From: Tagaea sp.
Lineage (GTDB): Bacteria > Pseudomonadota > Alphaproteobacteria > CACIAM-22H2
NCBI GenBank assembly: GCA_965279525.1
Contig: CBDIIB010000005.1
Span: 224,001 to 288,000 of the forward strand
Direction: 5' to 3'
Length of the DNA: 64,000 nucleotides
The translations under genes and the position numbers were made by a program. Positions 29,193 through 38,097 of this stretch are shown here, piece after piece. A model generated the notes under the pieces. The model did not search any database and had not been told where the DNA came from. It saw nothing but the letters and a program-made list of their open reading frames with translations. The number at the start of each line of letters is the position of its first letter. The stretch's first letter is position 1.

Positions 29193-30704
29193 ATGTCCGG
29201 AAATCTCCTGATCAGGCAGGCGCGAATCCTGACGATGGCCGAACCGCGCCATATCGACGCGGGCGACATCCTGATCCGCGACGGCATCGTGCGGGCGGTC
29301 GGATCGGTGCCGCCTGCTGAGATCCCGGCGGGCATCCGCACGATCGACGCCAAGGGCCGGCTTGCGATTCCGGGCCTGATCAATGCGCATGTCCATTCGC
29401 CCGGCAACCTGATGCGCGGCTGTCTGGACGGCTATCCGCTCGAGATCTTCATGCTTTACGAGGTGCCGCCGCTCGCCGAAGCGGCGCAGGCCGGGCGGCT
29501 CGCCTATCTGCGCACGGCCCTTGGCGCCATCGAGATGCTCAAGCTGGGCATCACGAGCGTGCTCGACGACGCGTTCTTCGTGCCGGGCGTGTCGCCGGAC
29601 GCGATCGACGCCGTGATGGCCGCCTATCGCGACAGCGGCATGCGCGCGACCGTGGCACTCGACCAGCCCAACGTCGTCGAGTACGAGAAGCAGCCCTTCC
29701 TTGCCGAGCTGATCCCGCCGGAGATCCGCCGCCGGATGGACGCGGCCCCGCGCCAGTCGGCGGACGAACTGATGGACTGCTATGCCCATCTGGTCGGCAC
29801 CTGGCACGGGGCCGCCGACGGCCGGCTTTCCGCCGCCGTGTCGTGTTCGGCACCGCACCGCGTCACGCCCGACTATTTCGCACGGCTGTCGGCGCTTTCG
29901 CGGACCCGCGACCTGCCCTTCTTCGTCCATATCCTCGAGACCAAGACCCAGCGCGTGTTCGGCGAGGAGAAGCTCGGCAAGTCGCTTGTGCGCCATGTCC
30001 ACGATCTCGGCCTGCTCGACGAGCGCATGCTCGTGATCCATGCGATCTGGGTCGACGACGGCGACATCGCCCTGCTCGCGAAATCCGGCTGCACGGTCGC
30101 GCACAACCCGGTCTGCAACCTGCGCCTGGGCAGCGGCATCATGCCGTTCCGTCGCCTGCGCGAGGCCGGCGTCAATCTCGCCCTTGGCACCGACGAGGCC
30201 ACCGTCGACGACACGCACAATCTCTGGCTTGCCGCCAAGACCGCCGGGCTCGTCCACAACATCACCCGCGACGACTACCGCGACTGGCCCAAGGCGCCGG
30301 AAATCCTCGACATGCTCCATGCCGGCGGGGCACGCGCGGCTCGCTCGAAGGTTCCGTTGGGCCAAATCGCGGTGGGTGCGGCAGGCGACATCGCCCTGCT
30401 CGATCTTGCGACAACCGCGTTCACGCCGCTCAACGACGTCGAACGCCAGCTCGTCTATTGCGAGACCGGTTCGTCGGTGCGCGACGTGATCGTCGCCGGC
30501 ACGCCGGTGGTCGAGAACGGCCGGCTGCTCACTCTCGACGAAGCGGCGATCCTTGCCGAGATCGCGGCACTGGCACCGAAGCTGGCGGGGGAAATGGCCG
30601 CCTTGCGCCGGGATGCGGCCGAACTCGAACCCTATTACCGGGCGCTCTACATGCGCGCGATGGACCGCGACGTCGGCCTTGCGCGACGCGGCGGCGAGGG
30701 TTAG
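29193..30704 (+). CDS. Metal-dependent amidohydrolase (SsnA/AtzA/deaminase-like)
   Basis: PGLINAHVH, HILET, IHAIW, HNPVCNLRLGSG, LGTD. Confidence 0.9.
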   Translation: MSGNLLIRQARILTMAEPRHIDAGDILIRDGIVRAVGSVPPAEIPAGIRTIDAKGRLAIPGLINAHVHSPGNLMRGCLDGYPLEIFMLYEVPPLAEAAQAGRLAYLRTALGAIEMLKLGITSVLDDAFFVPGVSPDAIDAVMAAYRDSGMRATVALDQPNVVEYEKQPFLAELIPPEIRRRMDAAPRQSADELMDCYAHLVGTWHGAADGRLSAAVSCSAPHRVTPDYFARLSALSRTRDLPFFVHILETKTQRVFGEEKLGKSLVRHVHDLGLLDERMLVIHAIWVDDGDIALLAKSGCTVAHNPVCNLRLGSGIMPFRRLREAGVNLALGTDEATVDDTHNLWLAAKTAGLVHNITRDDYRDWPKAPEILDMLHAGGARAARSKVPLGQIAVGAAGDIALLDLATTAFTPLNDVERQLVYCETGSSVRDVIVAGTPVVENGRLLTLDEAAILAEIAALAPKLAGEMAALRRDAAELEPYYRALYMRAMDRDVGLARRGGEG

Positions 30705-31444
30705 TCGAGCGCGAACACGCGGCCCCAGTCGCGGATATGTGCGGTCTCCTGGTCCAGCAGGCGCAGCGCCTTCCACACGATGATCGAGGTCGCGTCGTAG
30801 AACGGGATGCCCGTCTCGGCTTCGATGCGCGAGGCGATGCAGGCGGTGGGGAAGTTCGTGCACCAGCCGATCAGCGCGTCCGGTTTTGCGGCTGCCGCAC
30901 GGCGCGCCATGTCGAGGATCGCGGGCAAAGGCATGCTTGCATAGTCGAGATTGTCGGCGATGCGCGCGTTCTCGCGCACGACGGTCTCGTAACCGAGCGC
31001 CGCGAAGTTCCGCTCCACCTTCGCCTGATAGGGATCGAGATAGGGTGTCACGAATCCCAGCCGGCGCGCGCCGGTGCGGGCCAGCACGTCGAGCATGGCG
31101 AACATCGAGCTCGTCGCCGGGCAGCCGGCAGTCTCCGCCAGCCGGCGCACGAGTTCGCGTTCGACGTCGATGCCGACCGACCCGCCCTTCGAGCCATTCC
31201 ACACGATCAGGTCCGGGCGGGCGTGGCCAAGCAGGCGGGCGGCTCCCAGCATCGAATCCCAGTCGTAGCTGTCCGGAAACGGATCGCTGGCGCCGAACAC
31301 GGCACTGCGCGAAAAGTGCGGCGACACGCCGGGCGCCTGCGCGAGGATCGCCAGCATGACGCGTTCGACCACCGTGTTGCCGGACGGCGTGACCGTCGCA
31401 AGGAAGCGGACGGGTCGCCCATAGTGTTCGATCGGATCGGCCAT
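30701..31444 (-). CDS. Asp/Glu racemase superfamily protein (second paralogue)
   Basis: TPSGNTVVE, WNGSKGG, VTPY, WCTNF. Confidence 0.85.
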   Translation of the reverse strand: MADPIEHYGRPVRFLATVTPSGNTVVERVMLAILAQAPGVSPHFSRSAVFGASDPFPDSYDWDSMLGAARLLGHARPDLIVWNGSKGGSVGIDVERELVRRLAETAGCPATSSMFAMLDVLARTGARRLGFVTPYLDPYQAKVERNFAALGYETVVRENARIADNLDYASMPLPAILDMARRAAAAKPDALIGWCTNFPTACIASRIEAETGIPFYDATSIIVWKALRLLDQETAHIRDWGRVFALD

Positions 31445-31529
31445 TCCACTCCCCGGATTTCGCGCCGGATTCCGGTCGCGGCACCGCCGGATCGGCGCTA
31501 GGCTTGCGGCGCTGCGGGCCGGAAGTTGC

Positions 31530-31545
31530 AGCATGGAGCGTGCCA
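31530..31545 (-). promoter_or_regulatory. Putative sigma54 promoter
   Basis: TGGCAC-GCTCC-ATGCT with GG-N10-GC spacing, about 85 nt upstream of the start at 31444. Confidence 0.55.
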
Positions 31546-31663
31546 TGCCGTCCGATACCGCGCGCCGAATCTATCGGATGCCGCCTGCCGCCCGCGAAAC
31601 GGGCAAACGGCGCAGAAAAAGGCATTCGTATCTTCCAACATCGTCCAACCGCCGGGAACCGCC

Positions 31664-32404
31664 ATGCGCCTGCTGCTCGTCAATTCCAACACCTCCGAGT
31701 TCGTCACCGGCAAGGTCGCCGAAGCGGCACGCGCGGTCGCCGCACCGGGTACCGAGATCCGCGCGGTCACCGGCACGTTCGGTGCCCGCATCATCGGGTC
31801 GCGCAGCGAGAACGCGATCGCCATGCATTCGACGATGGCGCTCGTCGCCGAGCATGCGGGCGACTGCGACGGCGTGCTGATCGCCGTCTCCTACGACACG
31901 GGTGCGGATGCCGCGCGCGAATTCCTGCCGATCCCGGTGCTCGGCATGACCGAAGCGGCCCTTCACGTCGCCCTGCTGGCCGGCAAGCGCGTGGGCGTCA
32001 TCGTCTTCGGCAAGCGCGTCCTCGGCCTCTATCGCGACGTGATCGCGGCGACCGGCCTTGGCGGCTGCGTGGCCGGCTGGCGGGCACTCGAGAGTGCCGC
32101 CCCCTATGCGCCCGGCGACCAGAGCGAGGCCGACCGGATGATCGTCGCGGCGGCCGCCGATCTCGTGGCGAAAGACGGCGTCGAGGCGATCGTGCTGACT
32201 GGGGCCGTGATGGCCGGTGTGCCCCAGCGCCTCCAGTCGCAGATCGAGGTGCCGATGTTCGACGGTATCTCGACCGGCGTGCCGCTCCTCGAAGCGCTCG
32301 TGCGCATGAAGCCCGCGAAGCCGCGCACGGGCAGCTATGCGCCCGTCGGCGGACGCGACAGTGTCGGTCTCTCCGCCGCATTGGCCGGCAAGCTGAAGGG
32401 TTGA
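31664..32404 (+). CDS. Hydantoin/allantoin racemase-like protein
   Basis: MRLLLVNSNTS, AAREFLPIPVLGMTEAA; both canonical Cys positions substituted. Confidence 0.85.
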   Translation: MRLLLVNSNTSEFVTGKVAEAARAVAAPGTEIRAVTGTFGARIIGSRSENAIAMHSTMALVAEHAGDCDGVLIAVSYDTGADAAREFLPIPVLGMTEAALHVALLAGKRVGVIVFGKRVLGLYRDVIAATGLGGCVAGWRALESAAPYAPGDQSEADRMIVAAAADLVAKDGVEAIVLTGAVMAGVPQRLQSQIEVPMFDGISTGVPLLEALVRMKPAKPRTGSYAPVGGRDSVGLSAALAGKLKG

Positions 32405-32405
32405 G

Positions 32406-33275
32406 ATGGGCCCGATTCATCCCGGGCGTTTCGACGACATCCCGATCGTCCGCCGGCCCGACCGCACCTGGCCGGAAGGCAAGCGGCTTGCGGTTTATGT
32501 GGCGCTCAATCTCGAATCCTATTCCTTCGGCGAGGGGCTTGCCGAGGACATCGTCCCCGGCTCGGGCCAGCCCGACGTGCTGAACTGGTCGTGGCGCGAG
32601 TACGGCAACCGCGTGGGTGCCTGGCGCCTGCTCGAGGAATTCCGCACGGCGGGCCTGCCCGCCTCGCTGCTGGTAAACGCGGCGATCTATTCGCGGCATG
32701 CCGAGCTTGCCGCCGCCTTCGCCGCGGACGGCGCCGCGATCGTGGCGCACGGGCGCACGAACTCGGAAAGCCAGGCCGGACTCGACGAGACGGCCGAGCG
32801 CGCGCTGATCGAAGAGGCGCGCGCCACGATCGCGCACCATGCGGGTTCCGCCCCGGCCGGATGGCTTGGCCCGTGGATCGCCGAGACCGAGCGCACGCCC
32901 GACCTTCTGCAGGCGGCCGGCTTTTCCTACGTGCTCGACTGGTGCATGGACGACCAGCCGGTGTGGATGAAAACGCAAGCCGGCCGCCTGCTCGCCGTGC
33001 CCTATCCGCAGGAACTCAACGATTCGAACGCCATCGTGGCCCGCCGCCACAGCGCGGCCGACTTCGCCGACATGATCGTCGACCAGTTCGACGAGATGCG
33101 CGAGCAGGCCGCCGGCCAGCCGCTCGTCATGGGGATCGCCCTGCACGCCTATGTCGCCGGCCAGCCCTTCCGCTTGCGAAAGCTGCGCGCGGCCCTGCGC
33201 CATGTCGCCCAGCAGCGGCCCGATGTCTGGCTCGCGACGACGGACGCCGTCGCGGCCCACTGGTCGCTGGCATAG
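32406..33275 (+). CDS. Polysaccharide deacetylase family protein (PuuE allantoinase-like)
   Basis: WPEGKRLAVYVALNLE, WREYGNRVG, GWLGP, DDQP, PYPQELND, ALH. Confidence 0.88.
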   Translation: MGPIHPGRFDDIPIVRRPDRTWPEGKRLAVYVALNLESYSFGEGLAEDIVPGSGQPDVLNWSWREYGNRVGAWRLLEEFRTAGLPASLLVNAAIYSRHAELAAAFAADGAAIVAHGRTNSESQAGLDETAERALIEEARATIAHHAGSAPAGWLGPWIAETERTPDLLQAAGFSYVLDWCMDDQPVWMKTQAGRLLAVPYPQELNDSNAIVARRHSAADFADMIVDQFDEMREQAAGQPLVMGIALHAYVAGQPFRLRKLRAALRHVAQQRPDVWLATTDAVAAHWSLA

Positions 33276-33325
33276 GGATTGCTCCTTCCGGACACCCCCC
33301 TCGTCCGGATCAGGAGTCTCTCGGC

Positions 33326-34360
33326 ATGCGTTCAGTCATTCTCGGGGCCGTCGCGGCCGTTCTCGCCGTCTCCGGCGCATCCGCCCAGACGCCGGTCCGC
33401 TGGCTGAGCCAGACACCGACCGTCCAGACCCAGTATCCGATCGAATCGGCCGCGATGGCGCGCATCACGTCGGCCGGCGTGGGCCTGCGCGTCGACCGGC
33501 AGGAATTCATGGCGCTCGGCCTCAATCTCGGCGATGCGCTGCGCCTCGTGCGCGGCGGCTCCTACGACATCGTTTCCACGCAGGTCGGCCTCGCCTCGCG
33601 CGACGACCCGTTCCTCGAAGGCATCGACCTGATCGGCGTGTCGACCGACATGGACGATCTCGAATCCTCGGTGAAGGCCTACCGCGCGATCTTCGACAAG
33701 CGCGTCGAGCAGCGCTTCGGCGCACGCGCGCTGGCGATCTGGCCGTTCGGCCCGCAGGTGTTCTTCTGCAACCAGGCGATCAAGACGCTCGACGATCTCA
33801 AGGGCCAGCGCGTGCGTTCGTTCACGCCGTCGATGTCGAAACTGCTCGAGCAGCTCGGCGCCACGCCGGTCTCCATCTCGTTCCCGGAAGTCTATCCCTC
33901 GCTGCAGCGAGGCGTCGCCAACTGCGGCGTCACGTCGCCGACCTCGGCCAATACCGGGCGCTGGCCGGAGGTGACCTCCCACCTGCTGCCGCTGTCGGTG
34001 TCGGGTTCGGTCCAGGCGCATCTCGTCAACGCCGCATGGTTCGCCAAACTGACGGCACCCCAGAAGGACACGCTCTCGCTCGAGCTTCGCCGGATGGAAG
34101 CCGAACTGTGGAACCTCGCGCGCAACACCAACAAGATCGCGACCGACTGCAGCATCGGCAAGGAGCCGTGCACCGCCCCGCATGTCAGCTACAAGATGAC
34201 GCTGGTCGACGTGGCACCCGCCGACCTCGCGCGCGTGCGCAAGATCTCGGCCGAGCAGGTCCTGCCGGAATGGGCCGAGCGCTGCGAGCGTTCGTATCCC
34301 AACTGCAAGCAGGCCTGGAACGCCAGCATCGGCAAGGCGCGCGGGATCACGATCCGCTAG
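33326..34360 (+). CDS. dctP: TRAP transporter substrate-binding protein
   Basis: Signal peptide, DLKGQRVR, LGATPV, EVYPSLQRGV; AGGAG RBS. Confidence 0.9.
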   Translation: MRSVILGAVAAVLAVSGASAQTPVRWLSQTPTVQTQYPIESAAMARITSAGVGLRVDRQEFMALGLNLGDALRLVRGGSYDIVSTQVGLASRDDPFLEGIDLIGVSTDMDDLESSVKAYRAIFDKRVEQRFGARALAIWPFGPQVFFCNQAIKTLDDLKGQRVRSFTPSMSKLLEQLGATPVSISFPEVYPSLQRGVANCGVTSPTSANTGRWPEVTSHLLPLSVSGSVQAHLVNAAWFAKLTAPQKDTLSLELRRMEAELWNLARNTNKIATDCSIGKEPCTAPHVSYKMTLVDVAPADLARVRKISAEQVLPEWAERCERSYPNCKQAWNASIGKARGITIR

Positions 34361-34981
34361 ATGGCCGAATTGGGTCCGTACGACAGCGACAACCCCGTCG
34401 CGCGCGCGCTGGGACCGGCGGTCCGCTGGTTCCAGATCGCGTGCGGCTGGGCGCTTGTCGCGATCTGCTTTGCCACCCTCTACGACATCGTCGCGCGCCG
34501 GCTGTTCGGCCACTCGGTGCAGGGCGTCAACGAACTGGGCGCCTATCTGCTCGCCATCGTTTCCGCCTTCGGGTTTTCATCGGCCCTTCTCCAGAAGGCC
34601 CATTCGCGGGTCGATTTCCTCTTCCCCTATCTGCCGCCGCTCGCCGTCTCGATCCTCAATCTCGCGACCGCGGTGCTGCTGGCCGGCCTTGCGGCGATTT
34701 CGGTCTGGCAGGGTTGGCACGTGCTGGACGAAAGCCTGCTGTTCGACAGCCGTGCGGCCACGCCGCTGCAGACGCCGATGTGGATCCCGCAGGGCCTGTG
34801 GTTTACCGGCCTTGCGGTCTTCGCCGGCGTCACGTCCGCGTGCGCGGTCCACGCCGCGATCCTGTTCGTGCGCGATCGCAAGCGGCTCGACGCGCTCTAC
34901 GGCCCGCTGACGGTCGAAGGACAGATCGAGGTGGAGACGCAAGGCACGCTGCCGCCTGACGCACTGGGCAAAACGCCATGA
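34361..34981 (+). CDS. dctQ: TRAP transporter small permease
   Basis: Four TMs, HSRVD, TPMWIPQ. Confidence 0.88.
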   Translation: MAELGPYDSDNPVARALGPAVRWFQIACGWALVAICFATLYDIVARRLFGHSVQGVNELGAYLLAIVSAFGFSSALLQKAHSRVDFLFPYLPPLAVSILNLATAVLLAGLAAISVWQGWHVLDESLLFDSRAATPLQTPMWIPQGLWFTGLAVFAGVTSACAVHAAILFVRDRKRLDALYGPLTVEGQIEVETQGTLPPDALGKTP

Positions 34982-36291
34982 CGATCGGGATCGCCGCCGT
35001 CGCGATCGGCTTTGCCGGGATGCTCCTGCTGCTTTTCCTCGGCATGCACGTGGCGACCGTGCTGTTCCTGACGGCCGCCATCGCCATCGAGATCTATTTC
35101 GGTGGCTCGCTGATGAGCATCTACGGCACGCAGCTGTGGAGCGCCATGGAGGATTACATCCTCCTGTCGATCCCGCTTTACATCCTCCTCGGCGAGATTC
35201 TCGTGCGATGCGGCGCCACCGACAAGATGTACGGCGCGCTCGCCCTGTGGCTCGGCCGGCTGCCGGGCGGCCTGCTGCACACCAATGTCGGCGCCTCCGC
35301 GCTGTTCTCCGCCGTGTCGGGTTCGTCGGTATCGACCGCGGCGACGATCGCGACGGTGGCGCTGCCTTCGTTCCGCCAGCGCGGCTACGACGACCGGCTG
35401 GTGCTGGGCTCGATCGCCGCGGGCGCTTCGCTCGGCAACCTCATCCCGCCGGGCATCGCCTTCATCGTCTATGCGGCGCTGACGAACAGCTCGGTCGGCC
35501 AGCTCTATGCCGGCGCCCTCGTCCCGAGCATCCTGATGACGTTGCTGTTCATGGCGACGATCGTCGCCATCGCGTTGCTCCGTCCCGACCTCACGGGGCC
35601 AAAGGAACCGCGCCGGACCCTTGCCGAGCGCATCCGGGGCCTTGGCGACCTTGCCGGCCCGCTCGTCGTCTTCGTCGTCATCATGGGCTCGATCTATACC
35701 GGCTGGGCGACGGTGACGGAGTCCGCCGCACTCTCGGTGCTGGTGGCGCTGGCCATCGCGGCGGCCAACCGCACGCTGAGCATCCGGATGCTGCACGAGA
35801 GCTTCGTGGCGACGGCGAACCTCACGGCCATCACCATGCTGATCCTGGCGGTGGCCTTCTTCCTCAATTTCGCGCTCGGCAGTCTCAACGTGACGCAGAC
35901 GCTAAGCACCTTCGTCGCCGGCATCGGGCGCTCGCCGACCGAGCTCATGTGGATCCTCGCGGTGTTCTACGTCCTTCTCGGCATCTTCTTCGAGACGCTG
36001 CCGATGATGGTCGGCACCGTGCCGATCGTCTTCCCGATCGTCGTGGCGATGGGCATCGACCCGGTCTGGTTCGGCGTGTTCATGGTGCTGATGTGCGAAC
36101 TCTCGCTGCTCTCGCCGCCCGTGGGCATGACGCTTTACGTGATCCAGGCCGTGCGGCGCGAAGGCAACATCCGCGACGTCTTCGCCGGCACTATTCCGTT
36201 CGTCGCGGCGATGGTGCTGATGACGGCGATCCTGATCCATTTCCCCGGGATCGCGACGGAGCTGCCCCGGCGGATGTTCGGCCCGGGCTGA
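34978..36291 (+). CDS. dctM: TRAP transporter large permease
   Basis: SIPLYILLG, SGSSVST, LIPPGI, IDPVWFG, SPPVG. Confidence 0.93.
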   Translation: MTIGIAAVAIGFAGMLLLLFLGMHVATVLFLTAAIAIEIYFGGSLMSIYGTQLWSAMEDYILLSIPLYILLGEILVRCGATDKMYGALALWLGRLPGGLLHTNVGASALFSAVSGSSVSTAATIATVALPSFRQRGYDDRLVLGSIAAGASLGNLIPPGIAFIVYAALTNSSVGQLYAGALVPSILMTLLFMATIVAIALLRPDLTGPKEPRRTLAERIRGLGDLAGPLVVFVVIMGSIYTGWATVTESAALSVLVALAIAAANRTLSIRMLHESFVATANLTAITMLILAVAFFLNFALGSLNVTQTLSTFVAGIGRSPTELMWILAVFYVLLGIFFETLPMMVGTVPIVFPIVVAMGIDPVWFGVFMVLMCELSLLSPPVGMTLYVIQAVRREGNIRDVFAGTIPFVAAMVLMTAILIHFPGIATELPRRMFGPG

Positions 36292-36371
36292 CGGCGCGGA
36301 TTTCTCTGCTCGACAAGCGGTCGTCAGTTGCCCCCATAATGGGTTGCTCAATCCGGAACGGTTGCAATTCC

Positions 36372-38036
36372 ATGTCAGTCCCCGTCCAGCAAGTGGCAAA
36401 TCCGTGGCTGCCACGCACCTTCGAATCCGGCGGCGGCTCGATGTGGCTGCTCGGCAACCTCGCCGTCGCGGCCAGCTACTTCGCGCTTGCGTTGATCGTG
36501 TCGCGGTTTTTTGCGGCCTACGGCCTGTTTCCGGCGCCGATCTGGCTGCCCGCAAGCGTGGCGATGGTCGCCGCACTGGCCGGCGGTCTCGGCGCCGCAC
36601 CTGGGATCTATGCCGGCGCGTTCATCGCCAATTTCGTCCTTTTCGACCCGCCGGTCGCCGAAGCGGCGGCGATCGCCGCGACGAACACGGCCGGCCCGCT
36701 GCTGGGCGCCGCCCTGCTGCGGCGATGGCATCCGCGCAAGGGGCTGTTTGACAGCTTCGCCGGGGTCGTTGCCTTCCTTGCGTCGACCACGCTCGTGGCG
36801 CCGGCAATCACGGCGCTCGGCGGTGCCGCCACCTTGACGATCGGCAAGCCGTTTAACGGCGCCATTTTCTACGAGATCTGGCTCGGCTGGTGGCTGTCGG
36901 ACAGCGGCGGCACCCTGTTTCTTGCCGCGGCGGCGATCCTGTGGCTCGGGCTCGAAAAGGACCAGCGCGGCCCGGCCGAGCGGCTGGCGCCGCGCGAACT
37001 GTTCGTGTGGACGACAGTCGCCGTCTTCACCGTGCTGCTGTTCCTGACACGCGAACTGCCGGGTGCCGCGATCAAGTGGGCGTTCCCGTTCCTGCTGGTC
37101 GTGCCGATCGCGTGGGTGGCGCTGCGCATGTCGCTGCGCGCGGCACTCACGCTGGTTTCGCTCGTCGCGATCTTCGCCAGCGCGGGAACCGTCGCCGGCG
37201 TGGGACCGTTCCAGACGGGGGCGGGAAACTCGCTGCAGCTCGTCGGCGTGCTGGTCGTCCTGCTGGCGATGACGGTGCTGACGATCGTGGCACTCGTCGC
37301 CGAACGGCGCAGTGCCGAAGCCGCCAGCCGTGTCAAATCGATGTTCCTGGCGACCGCCAGCCACGAGCTGCGCACGCCGCTCAACACGATCATCGGGCTT
37401 TCGTCCCTGATGGGCGAAGGGCGCGCGCAGCCCGCCGGGAAGGTCGCGGAGTATGCGCGCGACATCGAGCGCAGCGGCGAGCATCTGCTCGGGCTGATCG
37501 ACGACCTGCTCGACCTGTCGAAGATCGAGGCAGGCCGGTTCGATCTGCGCGAGAGTGTTTTCGACGTGAGGGAGCTGCTTCAGACGGCGCTGGGCTTTGT
37601 CGGCGAACAGGCGCGCAAGCGCGAGATCTCGCTCGAGGCCGATACGAATTCGACGGCGAGGCTGTTCGCCGACCGCAAGGCGCTGTTGCAGGTCCTGCTC
37701 AACCTGCTGTCGAACGCCGTCAAGTTCACCCCGCCCGGCGGCAATGTGGGCCTGACCGTGACGCGCGCGGCCGACGGCAGCCTGTCGATATCGGTCAGCG
37801 ACGACGGGATCGGCATCGAAGCGGCCGCGATGGAGCGTGTCTTCACGCCGTTCGAGCGCGTGCGCGACGGCGATGCGCGCGACGTGCCGGGCACGGGGCT
37901 CGGGCTCGCGATCGCGCGCGGGCTTGCCGAACTCCACGGCGGGACGCTGGCAATCGAAAGCGAGCCGGGGCGCGGGACGCGCACGACGCTGCGCCTGCCT
38001 GCCGGCCGGGTGCGGTCCGGCGAAACGGCACCCTGA
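36372..38036 (+). CDS. MASE1-domain sensor histidine kinase
   Basis: Hydrophobic MASE1-like region (PIWLPA, GWWLSD), SHELRTPL, NLLSNAVKFT, DDGIG, GTGLGL. Confidence 0.9.
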   Translation: MSVPVQQVANPWLPRTFESGGGSMWLLGNLAVAASYFALALIVSRFFAAYGLFPAPIWLPASVAMVAALAGGLGAAPGIYAGAFIANFVLFDPPVAEAAAIAATNTAGPLLGAALLRRWHPRKGLFDSFAGVVAFLASTTLVAPAITALGGAATLTIGKPFNGAIFYEIWLGWWLSDSGGTLFLAAAAILWLGLEKDQRGPAERLAPRELFVWTTVAVFTVLLFLTRELPGAAIKWAFPFLLVVPIAWVALRMSLRAALTLVSLVAIFASAGTVAGVGPFQTGAGNSLQLVGVLVVLLAMTVLTIVALVAERRSAEAASRVKSMFLATASHELRTPLNTIIGLSSLMGEGRAQPAGKVAEYARDIERSGEHLLGLIDDLLDLSKIEAGRFDLRESVFDVRELLQTALGFVGEQARKREISLEADTNSTARLFADRKALLQVLLNLLSNAVKFTPPGGNVGLTVTRAADGSLSISVSDDGIGIEAAAMERVFTPFERVRDGDARDVPGTGLGLAIARGLAELHGGTLAIESEPGRGTRTTLRLPAGRVRSGETAP

Positions 38037-38040
38037 CGCG

Positions 38041-38072
38041 AAAAGGGCGGCCCCGTCGCCGGCGCCGCCCTT
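38041..38072 (-). terminator. Rho-independent terminator of the ABC binding-protein gene
   Basis: AAGGGCGGC...GCCGCCCTT hairpin followed by a T-tract on the minus strand, between convergent genes. Confidence 0.7.
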
Positions 38073-38097
38073 CGATCACCGAAAATGCCTGCCGCGA

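Noticed and set aside
28386-31625. 1079-aa minus-strand ORF in the track
   Set aside because: Only the last 242 aa are a real protein; the rest is an antisense shadow of the amidohydrolase and an alternate frame, typical of high GC
35136-38036. 966-aa DctM-kinase fusion ORF
   Set aside because: The upstream portion is out of frame with dctM and is Arg/Pro-rich; the kinase starts near 36372
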